Below, piece after piece: positions 17,126 to 25,674 of a stretch of 64,000 bases of DNA. Under the pieces are notes generated by a model, which had not been told where the DNA came from, did not search any database, and saw nothing but the letters and a program-made list of their open reading frames with translations. Source of the stretch: a virus; IMG/VR virus record IMGVR_UViG_3300044904_000056, positions 32,001 to 96,000 of that record. One strand, written 5' to 3'. A program made the position numbers and the translations under genes. Within the stretch, counting starts at the first letter, position 1, and each line of letters opens with the position of its first letter.

Positions 17126-18304
17126 CTACGCTGCTGCCTTGCAAGCCTTCCCGAAGATTTTGAGCTTGGCCCCGAGATGAGACACGTCACCCGTGAACAG
17201 AAACTTCCCGGCAATCTTCGCCTCTTGCCAGTCCGACTTCTTGAGCCCCAGCTTCTCCAGCTTGGTCTTCGGATAGAGATAGACGCGAAAGCCTTCGTCC
17301 TTGTCCGGGCGGATGAATCGTGCCCAAGGCCCACCAGGATACTTGACATAAAGCTCCCCGCTGCTCTTGGTCTCAACCTCCGCACCCAGCGCCTCTGCCT
17401 TGCTAGACACTAGGATGTCCTTCACCGCACTGGAGAGCTTACCACTCTTGGAAGACTTCTGCTTCTTTTCCTTGTGATGGTGATGCTTGTGTTCCTTTTT
17501 GGACACTTCCTTGTCCTCCTCTTTCTCGTGCTTCTTTTCTTCCCTGGGATGGTGATGCTTATGACCCTTCTCCTTCTTTCTCTTGTCTCCCTCCTCTTCC
17601 CTATTAGCTTTCAGAACTGCGATACAATTCTTGGACTCAACGCAACGCTGGCACTCTGGCACATCCGGGTCGGGGTATTTCCCGAAGCAATCTTCAATTC
17701 CGGAGGGAATCGGTATGGACGGTGCCCGGGGTTTATACGTTGCCGGGTCAATCTGTACGAGGGGGGAGCCTTTCGACTCCCCCCTCTCGCTGCTGTCGTC
17801 CGAGGCATCCTCAGAGCTATCATCCTTCTTTTCTGAAGAATCGTCCTTCTCTTTCCCGTGGTGCTTCTTGCTACCCTTCCTGCCCTTCGGAGGCTCTGGC
17901 TCCTCAGAGCTGTCGTCCTTCTTGTCGGAGGCATCAGAGGCGTCACTAGCATCGCTCTTGTCCGATGCGTCGCTAGCATCCGAGGCATCACTGGCATCTG
18001 AAGCATCAGAGGCGTCAGAAGCGTCACTGGCGTCAGAAGCTTCAGAGGAGCTATCGTCCTTCTTGTCGGATGCGTCGGAAGCATCCGATGCGTCGCTAGC
18101 GTCCGAAGAATCTGGAGCTTCAGAACTGTCGTCTGGCTCCTTCTTCTTCGTTGAGGACTTCTTGGGAGACTTCTTTGAGGACTTTGGAGTTTCTTCCTCA
18201 GAGCTGTCGTCAGACTTGTCCGGCTCCTCTTCCGAGGAATCGTCAGCAGCCTTCCCTGGTTTTGCCTTGTGCTTTTTCTTCTTGTCTACTTTCTTTTCGG
18301 CCAT
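17126..18304 (-). CDS. low-complexity Ser/Asp/Lys/His-rich protein with SDA repeats, central Cys4 site and C-terminal folded domain
   Basis: (SDA)n and DDSS repeats, CFGKY..CQRC..C, HKHHH tracts. Confidence 0.8.
   Translation of the reverse strand: MAEKKVDKKKKHKAKPGKAADDSSEEEPDKSDDSSEEETPKSSKKSPKKSSTKKKEPDDSSEAPDSSDASDASDASDASDKKDDSSSEASDASDASDASDASDASDASDASDASDKSDASDASDASDKKDDSSEEPEPPKGRKGSKKHHGKEKDDSSEKKDDSSEDASDDSSERGESKGSPLVQIDPATYKPRAPSIPIPSGIEDCFGKYPDPDVPECQRCVESKNCIAVLKANREEEGDKRKKEKGHKHHHPREEKKHEKEEDKEVSKKEHKHHHHKEKKQKSSKSGKLSSAVKDILVSSKAEALGAEVETKSSGELYVKYPGGPWARFIRPDKDEGFRVYLYPKTKLEKLGLKKSDWQEAKIAGKFLFTGDVSHLGAKLKIFGKACKAAA
17925..18125 (-). repeat. degenerate 9-bp tandem repeat encoding Ser-Asp-Ala
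   Basis: Synonymously diversified repeats such as gcatcaga/gcgtcaga/gcgtcact. Confidence 0.85.
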
Positions 18305-18925
18305 CTACCATCCTCCTTCAGAGTCAACAACTGCGGTTCTTATTTCGTCCACTACACGCCGCACATCCCCACTTCGCATCCCTAGATACCCCCGGATGTG
18401 TCGCAGTTTGATGCGGAAGCTCTTTGCACCCCGGACATTCTGTCCCTGGGAAATAAGTTTGTTTCTCCGGCAGAAATCCCTCCACGCAAACTCAGAAACT
18501 TGAATTGGTGGGTCTAAAAGTATTTGCAGGAACATCCGGGCTTCACAGGAGAGTATCGGATATAGAACTTCCGCCCGTTCGTGCATCCGGTAAAGGAAGT
18601 TATCTGCATAGTCTGGCCAGTTGTCTGCCTCCCCTAATTGGACCTCAACTCCGTCCCGGCTCCAAGTTCTATCAAACCGGGAAAGGTCCCGAAGGCGGTT
18701 GTATAGGGCACGTTTGAAATATCGTGCGAAATAGATTTGACCATCTGGGAATTCTTCGCAGCATTGGACCAATATGAGCAGGCCCTCTGCTTCTAGCTCC
18801 TCTGATGATCTACGGAAATGACCAGGTATCGCGTAGTGATGCGCTACCCAGTGGATGAGATTCTTGAAACGACGCAAGGCAACGTCCGTATTGTATGCCA
18901 TGACGCTGGGATACGCCTCCTCCAA
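18305..18925 (-). CDS. phage sigma-70-like factor (region 2-like)
   Basis: FKNLIHWVAHHY..EELEAEGLLILVQCCEEF..FARYFKRALYNRLRD; possible C-terminal HTH. Confidence 0.65.
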   Translation of the reverse strand: MEEAYPSVMAYNTDVALRRFKNLIHWVAHHYAIPGHFRRSSEELEAEGLLILVQCCEEFPDGQIYFARYFKRALYNRLRDLSRFDRTWSRDGVEVQLGEADNWPDYADNFLYRMHERAEVLYPILSCEARMFLQILLDPPIQVSEFAWRDFCRRNKLISQGQNVRGAKSFRIKLRHIRGYLGMRSGDVRRVVDEIRTAVVDSEGGW

Positions 18926-18983
18926 GGCGAGTCGGAGTCTACTACTAAACTCGGAGCGAGTAAAGGAAAATTTTCCCCTTCAC

Positions 18984-19619
18984 CTACTTGCCTATTTTGG
19001 CTTTCCGGCGAGGCGTGGAAACCTTCTGACTCCTGGAAAGCGGTCTCTTCTTGGGAACAGCGGCTCTCTTGGTTTGCGCTTTATTCTTGCCAATTCTTCC
19101 TCCGTGTACACGACGTACTCGACTGGGATTTTTCTTCCATGCGTTGATGGAATGCTTAGGACCACGTGGCGCTTTCCGGTTGCTGGGTCTACTCTTTCGC
19201 TTTTGAACTTTGCTTCTGGGATCAGTTTTCTCAGGCTGGACAAAGTCGCATTTGCGTAATTTGACCTCGGCTCTACGGATGCGCTTTGGGAAGGACTCAG
19301 AGCCGATGAGCTTCCTGCACTTGAGACAACGGACTGTGCTTGCACCTTCTACCTCCTCTCTGCCTGATGGGCAATGGCATATCTCTGAAGGTACATCTCT
19401 TGGGAATCGGAGGGGCCTTGGATACCGCTTGATTGACCGGGGAGTTCTGACCGTTATCATACTCCAAAACCAATTTTGCCTAGTCTGGTCTTTCTGGGTC
19501 CACACTTGTACCCCAAATTTGGGGAGCAATTTGTAGACCTTTCCAGTGCGCCCGGTAACGGTATCCACAACATACGTCACTCCAGGGATGATAACTTTCT
19601 CACCGTAGGCCCCATCCAT
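18984..19619 (-). CDS. hypothetical protein with Zn ribbon and RYPR/RFPR motifs
   Basis: Promoter element and AGGAGG upstream; CHC..CLKC; 3' half overlaps another ORF. Confidence 0.55.
   Translation of the reverse strand: MDGAYGEKVIIPGVTYVVDTVTGRTGKVYKLLPKFGVQVWTQKDQTRQNWFWSMITVRTPRSIKRYPRPLRFPRDVPSEICHCPSGREEVEGASTVRCLKCRKLIGSESFPKRIRRAEVKLRKCDFVQPEKTDPRSKVQKRKSRPSNRKAPRGPKHSINAWKKNPSRVRRVHGGRIGKNKAQTKRAAVPKKRPLSRSQKVSTPRRKAKIGK
18992..19345 (-). CDS. hypothetical protein ending in tandem FPR-like motifs
   Basis: GTG 5 nt after GAGGAGGT; ends PLFPRRDRFPGVRRFPRLAGKPK. Confidence 0.55.
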   Translation of the reverse strand: MQAQSVVSSAGSSSALSPSQSASVEPRSNYANATLSSLRKLIPEAKFKSERVDPATGKRHVVLSIPSTHGRKIPVEYVVYTEEELARIKRKPREPLFPRRDRFPGVRRFPRLAGKPK

Positions 19620-19639
19620 TCCCGTTTCCTCCTGATTGA

Positions 19640-19648
19640 ATAGAACGC
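19640..19648 (-). promoter_or_regulatory. GCGTTCTAT phage promoter-like element
   Basis: Exact 9-mer 21 nt upstream of ATG, just after the HU terminator hairpin. Confidence 0.65.
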
Positions 19649-19659
19649 TGAGTTGTTGA

Positions 19660-19697
19660 TAACAGGGGGCAGAGGGGGTGGTTCAAGCCCCCTCTTC
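19660..19697 (-). terminator. hairpin / probable terminator after HU gene
   Basis: AGAGGGGG...CCCCCTCT inverted repeat. Confidence 0.5.
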
Positions 19698-20387
19698 CTA
19701 CTTCTTTTTCTTCGGAGCGACCACCTTCACCTTCGCAGCCACGTACTCCTTCAAAGGTTTTGCTGGCGAAAAGCGTATCTTATTACTTGCTGGCTTCGCA
19801 GGGAACGTCTTATGCTCCCCTGTGAATGGAACGATTCCCTTTCGTTTTGGCAGGGCCTTCCGGTAGGCAACCCGGATACGGCCAATCTCCGGCAGGCGGA
19901 AGAATCGGTCATTCTTCAGACCGTGGTGAGCTTCCGTCACCAGAGCTTCGTAGATGGACCGGACAATTTTGGTTGTCTGGCCTGTTTCCTTCGCAATTGC
20001 AGTGTAGAGTTTCATCTTGCGTGATTCTCCTTTGTCTCCCTCTTTGGGGAATATGATTATGTACTTCTGCCGGGTCCGGGGTCCGCTATAGAGCTTCGCA
20101 CCAAAATGCTCCTGGAGGAGGCTGATAATCTCCTCAGAAAGGTGCGTGGTGTAGCAGCCGTGAAACTTCTTCACTACGATTTCGTGAAGCTGTTCCTTGG
20201 GTACGTTGAAATAGTCAATTCCTAGACGGCGGTACAAATTCGCCATCTCGATATCGGCGTGGGCTCCTCCGTGGCGGAGGCGTTCTAGTTTATCTGTCTT
20301 TTCCTGACGGAAGAGACGGTTGTCAGCGAGACGCTTTGCTTTTTGTTCGGGAGTCTCGTTTGAGGTTATGTGGAAGGCGTGACTCAT
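19698..20387 (-). CDS. hup: HU/IHF-family DNA-binding protein (domain 19698-20015) with in-frame N-terminal extension
   Basis: IAKETG..RLPEIGRIRV..RKGIVPFTGE..PAKPASNKIRFSPAKPLKE; internal ATG 20015 has its own AAGGAG RBS. Confidence 0.85.
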   Translation of the reverse strand: MSHAFHITSNETPEQKAKRLADNRLFRQEKTDKLERLRHGGAHADIEMANLYRRLGIDYFNVPKEQLHEIVVKKFHGCYTTHLSEEIISLLQEHFGAKLYSGPRTRQKYIIIFPKEGDKGESRKMKLYTAIAKETGQTTKIVRSIYEALVTEAHHGLKNDRFFRLPEIGRIRVAYRKALPKRKGIVPFTGEHKTFPAKPASNKIRFSPAKPLKEYVAAKVKVVAPKKKK

Positions 20388-20734
20388 CCCCTCTTGTGCT
20401 CCTTCTGCCGTAGGAACTCTACTAAATTTTCAGTGTGCTTGCAGACGTGTGGAACTGCGTTCAGGACGGCCAGAGGCGCACGAAATTGTCCTTCAGGGCA
20501 GGTACAGAATTCGATTTGCTGACGGGTCTTGGCGTTGACGAGCAGAGTGCAGTAATAAGTCTTGCCTGAATCCCCGCTCGTTATTTTGTAGATGAATGCT
20601 GCCCAATCCTCCGGAAGTCCTAATTTCACATCATCCCGGAGCTGGACTTGGTCATACTTCCAGAGTTTAGACATTGATGGTACTCCTTCGCTGGTCGTAG
20701 TTGTAGAGGATGGCCTGAAAGACAAGCCTTGCAA
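20384..20734 (-). CDS. SWIM zinc-finger protein
   Basis: FCTCPEG...CKH. Confidence 0.7.
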   Translation of the reverse strand: MQGLSFRPSSTTTTSEGVPSMSKLWKYDQVQLRDDVKLGLPEDWAAFIYKITSGDSGKTYYCTLLVNAKTRQQIEFCTCPEGQFRAPLAVLNAVPHVCKHTENLVEFLRQKEHKRG

Positions 20735-20858
20735 CTTCCTGGTTCTCTAAGGCAAGGTTGAAGACTTTGTCAAAGGACTTCTCATCATTCGCCTGGAGAC
20801 TCCTAACAAGGCACTCAAATACAAACTTCTCCCAGCTCCTCATCGTCTCTGTCCTCAT
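20667..20858 (-). CDS. hypothetical protein
   Basis: ATGA overlap with upstream gene. Confidence 0.55.
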   Translation of the reverse strand: MRTETMRSWEKFVFECLVRSLQANDEKSFDKVFNLALENQEVARLVFQAILYNYDQRRSTINV

Positions 20859-21148
20859 TGCTTCTCTCCCTTGAGGTCTCGGGAGTCGTACTCCGCTGAG
20901 ATGTATTGTTTGAGACAGGTTAGGTTCCCATCAGAGCCTTCAATCAACCACCAGAAGTCCTGCATCTCTCGCACCATCTCTTCCATCTCCTCAAGCTCCT
21001 CTCTCCCACTTGCTACTGAGAAGATTCGCTGGAGTCCAAGCGGTGTCGGTTTGGAAACTAGAGGAGCAAGAAGGCGCAGACCAGCCCGTACATCCCACAG
21101 GCCTGCACGGATTCTCGAAAGCTTCTCACGGTTACTTAGCCTTGGCAC
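20855..21148 (-). CDS. hypothetical protein
   Basis: GGAGGAGG RBS. Confidence 0.6.
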   Translation of the reverse strand: MPRLSNREKLSRIRAGLWDVRAGLRLLAPLVSKPTPLGLQRIFSVASGREELEEMEEMVREMQDFWWLIEGSDGNLTCLKQYISAEYDSRDLKGEKQ

Positions 21149-21341
21149 GGTACGCCTCCTCCCGCTGCTTTAGCTTTAGCAGGTCATCTTCCAATCCTAG
21201 GGCCTTCGCAATCCGCAGGTAGACCTCACTCACAGTCGTATCCGCTAAGTGGATAGCTTCGCCTCCCGGAACGTTCTTGCCGTCCTCAAAGGCGTCTATC
21301 CGGATGCGGACCATCCTCCGGGGTTTCTCTACTACTCTCAT
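21132..21341 (-). CDS. hypothetical protein
   Basis: RBS-preceded. Confidence 0.6.
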   Translation of the reverse strand: MRVVEKPRRMVRIRIDAFEDGKNVPGGEAIHLADTTVSEVYLRIAKALGLEDDLLKLKQREEAYRAKAK

Positions 21342-21435
21342 AGCAACCTTCCTTTCAAGCCCTCCTCAGGAGAGGCTGAACGACCCACTTTACAGACGAT
21401 TTGAGCTGGTCTAGAGGCTAGGATAGGGCTTCCCC

Positions 21436-21798
21436 CTACCGGAACTCGATAGGACGGTGCTTCCGGACGGCCTCGTTCAAGCCTACGACTAGGAAGAGGG
21501 CCTGCACCCTATCGTCATCTTCAGCAGGCCAAGGACCAATTACGACACAGAGGCGGGTAGCTATCTTCTCACATTGGCGCCAGGGAATCTCCGCAGTAGA
21601 CTCATTAGCATAAAGTATGTATGCCAGAGGCTCCTTGTACGGTGGGGGAGGACAGGTTCCATCCTGCTTATGTGTTTGGAGGATTTCCCAGTTGACTCCT
21701 GCCAGAGCAGCCAATCTCTCCTGAAATTTCAGGAATGCTTCAGCACTCCAATGGGCACGTCCGAAGTTGAAATTGACACCTAGACTATCGTTCATCAT
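21436..21798 (-). CDS. hypothetical protein
   Basis: RBS-preceded; resembles common phage hypotheticals. Confidence 0.65.
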   Translation of the reverse strand: MMNDSLGVNFNFGRAHWSAEAFLKFQERLAALAGVNWEILQTHKQDGTCPPPPYKEPLAYILYANESTAEIPWRQCEKIATRLCVVIGPWPAEDDDRVQALFLVVGLNEAVRKHRPIEFR

Positions 21799-21839
21799 GT
21801 TAGTTCACCTTCTCACCCAAGTTGGGGTGTGTTAGATTT

Positions 21840-22232
21840 TCACTTCTGAATCTTCCGTTGAACTTCCCTCAGACGGGCCTTCGTCCAGTTCCGAGCAGCC
21901 GGATGGAGCATGTATATTGGTTTGCGTAGTGGTACATAGCCACATTCCTTGAAAGTTTTCTGTGCTACCCTACCACACACTAGTATAATGTCTGGGTCAA
22001 GCCTAATCAGATTTTCCGCAAGCCAATCCGGATCGGGTTTGCCGTGATGTTTGGCCTTAGTGACTAATTCCCGACAGACATTAGTCAACAACAGCCGTTC
22101 TTTATTCTGTTCGCCCACCAGCTTGTAGAGCCTACGGCCAGAAGCGTTCAGGGGGTTGATCTTGAAGTAGCGAGGAGCACGGCCAGTTCGATAGCCCCAC
22201 ATCGTTTCGAGGACTGCTACGATTGGCCCCAT
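21840..22232 (-). CDS. uracil-DNA-glycosylase-superfamily protein
   Basis: SGRRL, LTNVC, LDPDIILVCGRVA, MLHPAAR. Confidence 0.7.
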   Translation of the reverse strand: MGPIVAVLETMWGYRTGRAPRYFKINPLNASGRRLYKLVGEQNKERLLLTNVCRELVTKAKHHGKPDPDWLAENLIRLDPDIILVCGRVAQKTFKECGYVPLRKPIYMLHPAARNWTKARLREVQRKIQK

Positions 22233-22233
22233 G

Positions 22234-23616
22234 TCAATTCACCTTCTCTTTCGGAATTGGTTTAACTTCTGGAGTTGAGGCCGGGGGAAGAGTTGTTGCA
22301 TCAGCAGGGACGGACAGGACGTGCCCGCCTTCGATGGAGAGTTTCATCATCAGGTCAACATCAGCCTGCTTTGTATTCGGAGAGTGGAGGCGCTGCATTC
22401 CGCGTTCAGGGGAGATGTAGAACATATCACCTTTCCCGAGGAGGTGTTCCGCCCCCTTGCAGTTCAGGATGGTCTTACTATCTGCTGAGGACGGGACTCG
22501 GAATGCTGCGCGAGCCGGGAAGTTGACCTTGATCTTGCCGGAAACAACATCCACAGATGGGCGCTGCGTTGCAGCTATCACGTGGATACCGGCAGCGCGG
22601 GACATTGCCGATATTTGGGCCATCTTATCGGTGAAGGACTTCTTCTCTGACAGAACGAGGTCTGCCATCTCATCGATGACGACGACAATATAAGGCCAGC
22701 AGTCATCGGGCTTTCCTTCCGCCTTCATCTTGTCGTTGTACTCCTTGAGGTTCTTACACTTGAACCCGAAGAGGTTGGAAGTCCTACGGCGCATTTCCTG
22801 AATCAGCCTCTCCATAATCGAGAGGGCGTCATAGACTCCAGCAACCGGGGGCTGCATCAGGTGAGGCAGGCCTTGGTAGTGGAAGAGTTCCACGGACTTT
22901 GGGTCAATCAGGACCAGCTTCATCTGCTTCGGGGTACGCATGTAGAGGAGAGAGGTTAGGATACCGTTGATCCAAACGGATTTGCCTGCGCCTGTTGAGC
23001 CTGCGATAAGTAGGTGAGGCATCCTCGTTAGGTCCTCTACATAGGGCTGACCGTTGGACTGGACTCCGAAGTTGATCGGCAGTTCCATATCGTCCCTGTG
23101 GGCGATTGCGGCCCCTAGGCAGTCCGCAAATTGGATCTCCGTTCTCTCCTTATTCGGTACAGAAATAGCAACCGCACTCTTGCCGTGAAGCCTCTGGATG
23201 GAGACATCTTCCGCTGCTAGACCAATGGCTAGGTCCTCGTTAATGTCCTTGATTCTCCGGAGCCGGGTATAGCGGTCAGGGCTGAACTCATACTCCGTAA
23301 CGATAGGACCAACGCGGATATCCGTAACCTTCCCAGGACAATCGAAGTCGCGGGTGCGGGTCGTTATGATATCCACTACCTTCTGCTGTTCGGGGTTGGC
23401 AGCTAGTTCCCGAGGGAATCGCTGGACGCCCTTTGGGTAGGCTTTCTTGCCCTTCTCTAGTCCTTCCTTCTCTGGGTCGTACTTATCGATGAGATTCCCG
23501 CAGAGCAGGCAGCGCCTATAAAGGGTATAACGGGAAATGGAAACAGCATCCTTTCCACCTACACCTTTACAGCCTCGACAAATCGCCAGCTTGAAGCCGT
23601 TCGTATGATCCTTCAT
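22234..23616 (-). CDS. ftsK: FtsK/SpoIIIE-like DNA translocase with N-terminal Zn ribbon and RFPR motif
   Basis: PHLLIAGSTGAGKS, LIDPK, VVIDEMAD, ATQRPS, GAEHLLGKGDM; start ATG 23616. Confidence 0.92.
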   Translation of the reverse strand: MKDHTNGFKLAICRGCKGVGGKDAVSISRYTLYRRCLLCGNLIDKYDPEKEGLEKGKKAYPKGVQRFPRELAANPEQQKVVDIITTRTRDFDCPGKVTDIRVGPIVTEYEFSPDRYTRLRRIKDINEDLAIGLAAEDVSIQRLHGKSAVAISVPNKERTEIQFADCLGAAIAHRDDMELPINFGVQSNGQPYVEDLTRMPHLLIAGSTGAGKSVWINGILTSLLYMRTPKQMKLVLIDPKSVELFHYQGLPHLMQPPVAGVYDALSIMERLIQEMRRRTSNLFGFKCKNLKEYNDKMKAEGKPDDCWPYIVVVIDEMADLVLSEKKSFTDKMAQISAMSRAAGIHVIAATQRPSVDVVSGKIKVNFPARAAFRVPSSADSKTILNCKGAEHLLGKGDMFYISPERGMQRLHSPNTKQADVDLMMKLSIEGGHVLSVPADATTLPPASTPEVKPIPKEKVN

Positions 23617-23641
23617 TCTCTCTTCTCCTTGCCCAGAGACC

Positions 23642-23839
23642 CTAAAGGGTACTCGGGCGTTTCTTAACCTGAGCACTGCCTATGTCAATCACCTTCCTAC
23701 TACTCTGGCAGATCGGACAACGATTCCAATGGTCATACCACTGCAAAGTCGCGGCGATAAACCCGCCTATGGAGTTGTCCAGACGGTTTACCCTTTTCAC
23801 TAGCCTGTTCTCAACTCGACATCGGCGGCTTTGCACCAT
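23642..23839 (-). CDS. hypothetical protein
   Basis: GGAGGAGG RBS; H..CPIC. Confidence 0.55.
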   Translation of the reverse strand: MVQSRRCRVENRLVKRVNRLDNSIGGFIAATLQWYDHWNRCPICQSSRKVIDIGSAQVKKRPSTL

Positions 23840-23876
23840 GAGACCACCTCCTCCAGGTACTCGGGCTGTTGAATTG

Positions 23877-24098
23877 TTAGTCGTTGTAGACAGTAAGCAT
23901 CACGCCGCAACGGCAGCGTCCCTGCCACATCGAGACTTTCGTCTGCCGGGTTGTCTGGAATGGTTTCAGTTCAGGGATTAGTTTCTTGCAGCACGGAGCA
24001 GCCAGCGGGACTCGGCTCTGCTCTAGGTCAGATAGCTTGCAGGAATAGGAGCCGTCTTTGTTGAGTTGCCAGACTTGTATTTGAGTAGTTTCGTTCAC
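23877..24098 (-). CDS. small Cys-rich hypothetical protein
   Basis: GTGA overlap; CC..CRCG. Confidence 0.55.
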   Translation of the reverse strand: MNETTQIQVWQLNKDGSYSCKLSDLEQSRVPLAAPCCKKLIPELKPFQTTRQTKVSMWQGRCRCGVMLTVYND

Positions 24099-24826
24099 GG
24101 CTTCCTCGCTTTCCGGACGTACACCAAGTTGCCATTCGCGTCCTGAACAGCTATGACTTCAGTCTTAGAAGGATTAGCAGCCTTGGCTTTCGCTGCTTCT
24201 TCCTGCGCCTTCCGGGCAGCCTCTGCTATCGAGACACGGTTGTTAGCTAGACTGAGGGCTTGAAGGTTTGCCAAACGCTGCGCCTCCTCGATAGTGACGA
24301 TAAGGTTAGGGCCAGACCAAGGGGAGTCATTAGTGCTTCCCCGCTCTGCTGGCTGTACGGGTCCGTGGCTGTAGGGATGGGGGCCTTCTGGCTTATAGAC
24401 TGACTTCACGTTCTTGACGAGGCTGTTAGCCGAGTTGTTCCCCCAATCCGATGCCTGATTGATTGTTCCTGCATCGTTGAGAGACTGAACGTTCTGAGCC
24501 CCCGCATTGGAGGGAAGAACTGCAAAGAGAACTGCGACTGCTAGAATTGCGGATTTCATTTTCGAGTTTCCTTTCTGAATTGTTTTCTCCCACTCAATCA
24601 CCAGGTTGTTCGTTTCCATACTGCCTGTCTCAGTCCTAGTCAAAGTTGTCTGCAACTTTTTGTTGTGGAGGAAACCTTGATAGGTTCTACCATCTAGTAA
24701 TACCAGGACTTGGCCGGTAGGCACTACAAGTTCTGTCCGGCCATTCACCCAGTGAAACCGTACCAAACCACCGGAGTCTAATACTAGCTGAACGTCCTTC
24801 AGGAATGCCTTCAGGTTGTTTTTCAT
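24095..24826 (-). CDS. hypothetical protein; internal start 24559 would give a secreted protein with signal peptide
   Basis: MKSAILAVAVLFAVLPSNAGA-Q signal peptide after GAAAGG RBS. Confidence 0.65.
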   Translation of the reverse strand: MKNNLKAFLKDVQLVLDSGGLVRFHWVNGRTELVVPTGQVLVLLDGRTYQGFLHNKKLQTTLTRTETGSMETNNLVIEWEKTIQKGNSKMKSAILAVAVLFAVLPSNAGAQNVQSLNDAGTINQASDWGNNSANSLVKNVKSVYKPEGPHPYSHGPVQPAERGSTNDSPWSGPNLIVTIEEAQRLANLQALSLANNRVSIAEAARKAQEEAAKAKAANPSKTEVIAVQDANGNLVYVRKARKP

Positions 24827-24839
24827 TTCAGGCCTCCTC

Positions 24840-25470
24840 CACTTGTCAGATTCAAGCTAGACAGCGGCTAGGATGCTCTCCTGAAAGTCTCTTGTTGCAT
24901 TTCAGACGGCGCGATACAGAACGCGCCCAGATAACAAGAGTGCCTACTCTCAGATAGGCATTCAGAGCACCCGAGTCGCTGGACGGAGACGTTCCTAGCA
25001 AACTGCCTGCGGTATCCTCTTTCGAGGGCCTGATCTCCGTCTGCGCTGTTAGTGTTAGTGTTTGTAAAACTAGGTTCCACGCAGATTCACCTATACTTCG
25101 TTTTTACGTCCGTTCTGTCGGACGGTGGTAATATCTCGGGCCACCACGCCTAACCCTTTTGGATTCCTGGCTGGCTCTTTTTCCTCCGGAGAGGTATTTG
25201 TATGTTGAGCCGAGGTTCCGCACTCGAAAGTCCTTACGCGCCCTACTCGTGTACAGCGAATACAGGAGGGTTCAGACAGGCTACTCGGAAGGCTTTCGAG
25301 ACTCCTACGCTTTACGGTTTGAAGTATTCGCAACCCGGTTCAACGTCAACCCTCGACTTTCCCTGTTCGGTATTTCCGCTATGCAGGCCATAAGCCATAC
25401 GCGAAAAGGAGCCTAGCCCCCGAGACCGTCGTCGGTGGGGCAGAGGGTATATAAAGGATGTAGCTGAATC
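24840..25470 (-). ncRNA. candidate large structured non-coding RNA
   Basis: Dense nested helices, GNRA-capped stems and a crossing (pseudoknot) pair; only unconvincing ORFs. Confidence 0.55.
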
Positions 25471-25515
25471 GGTGGAGGTGGGAACTCTCTACGGGGGAAA
25501 CCCCCGTGCTACCTA

Positions 25516-25674
25516 CTACGCAGCGGTAGCCTGCCGGATAATCTGTTTCGCCGTCCGGATGACCTGTACGGGGGTCATGTGCTTGATTCCCCGCTTCCCG
25601 TGGCGGACCTTCGCAAATCCGCGAACGAGGGCACCCGTAAGAACGAGACCAGAATTTTTGGAATTGGTTTTCAT
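25516..25674 (-). CDS. 52-aa basic microprotein
   Basis: Not in track; AGGAG RBS, MKTNSKNSGLVLTGALVRGFAKVRHGKRGIKHMTPVQVIRTAKQIIRQATAA, double TAG, followed by CGGGGG/CCCCCG hairpin. Confidence 0.65.
   Translation of the reverse strand: MKTNSKNSGLVLTGALVRGFAKVRHGKRGIKHMTPVQVIRTAKQIIRQATAA

Noticed and set aside
17925-18125. Possible CRISPR array or DNA-level repeat element
   Set aside because: Units are 9-bp codon repeats without spacers, inside a CDS; no cas genes.
17583-18503. 306-aa plus-strand ORF
   Set aside because: Antisense shadow of the SDA-repeat gene; low complexity keeps the frame open and it opposes the genome-wide strand.
24868-25333. Track ORFs 24868-25080 and 25091-25333 as proteins
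   Set aside because: No convincing RBS or motifs; sequence is better explained by RNA structure.
25200-25365. RNase P RNA or group I intron call
   Set aside because: Only a P4-like pairing is seen; spacing is short and other conserved RNase P or group I core elements were not found. Kept as an unclassified ncRNA candidate.
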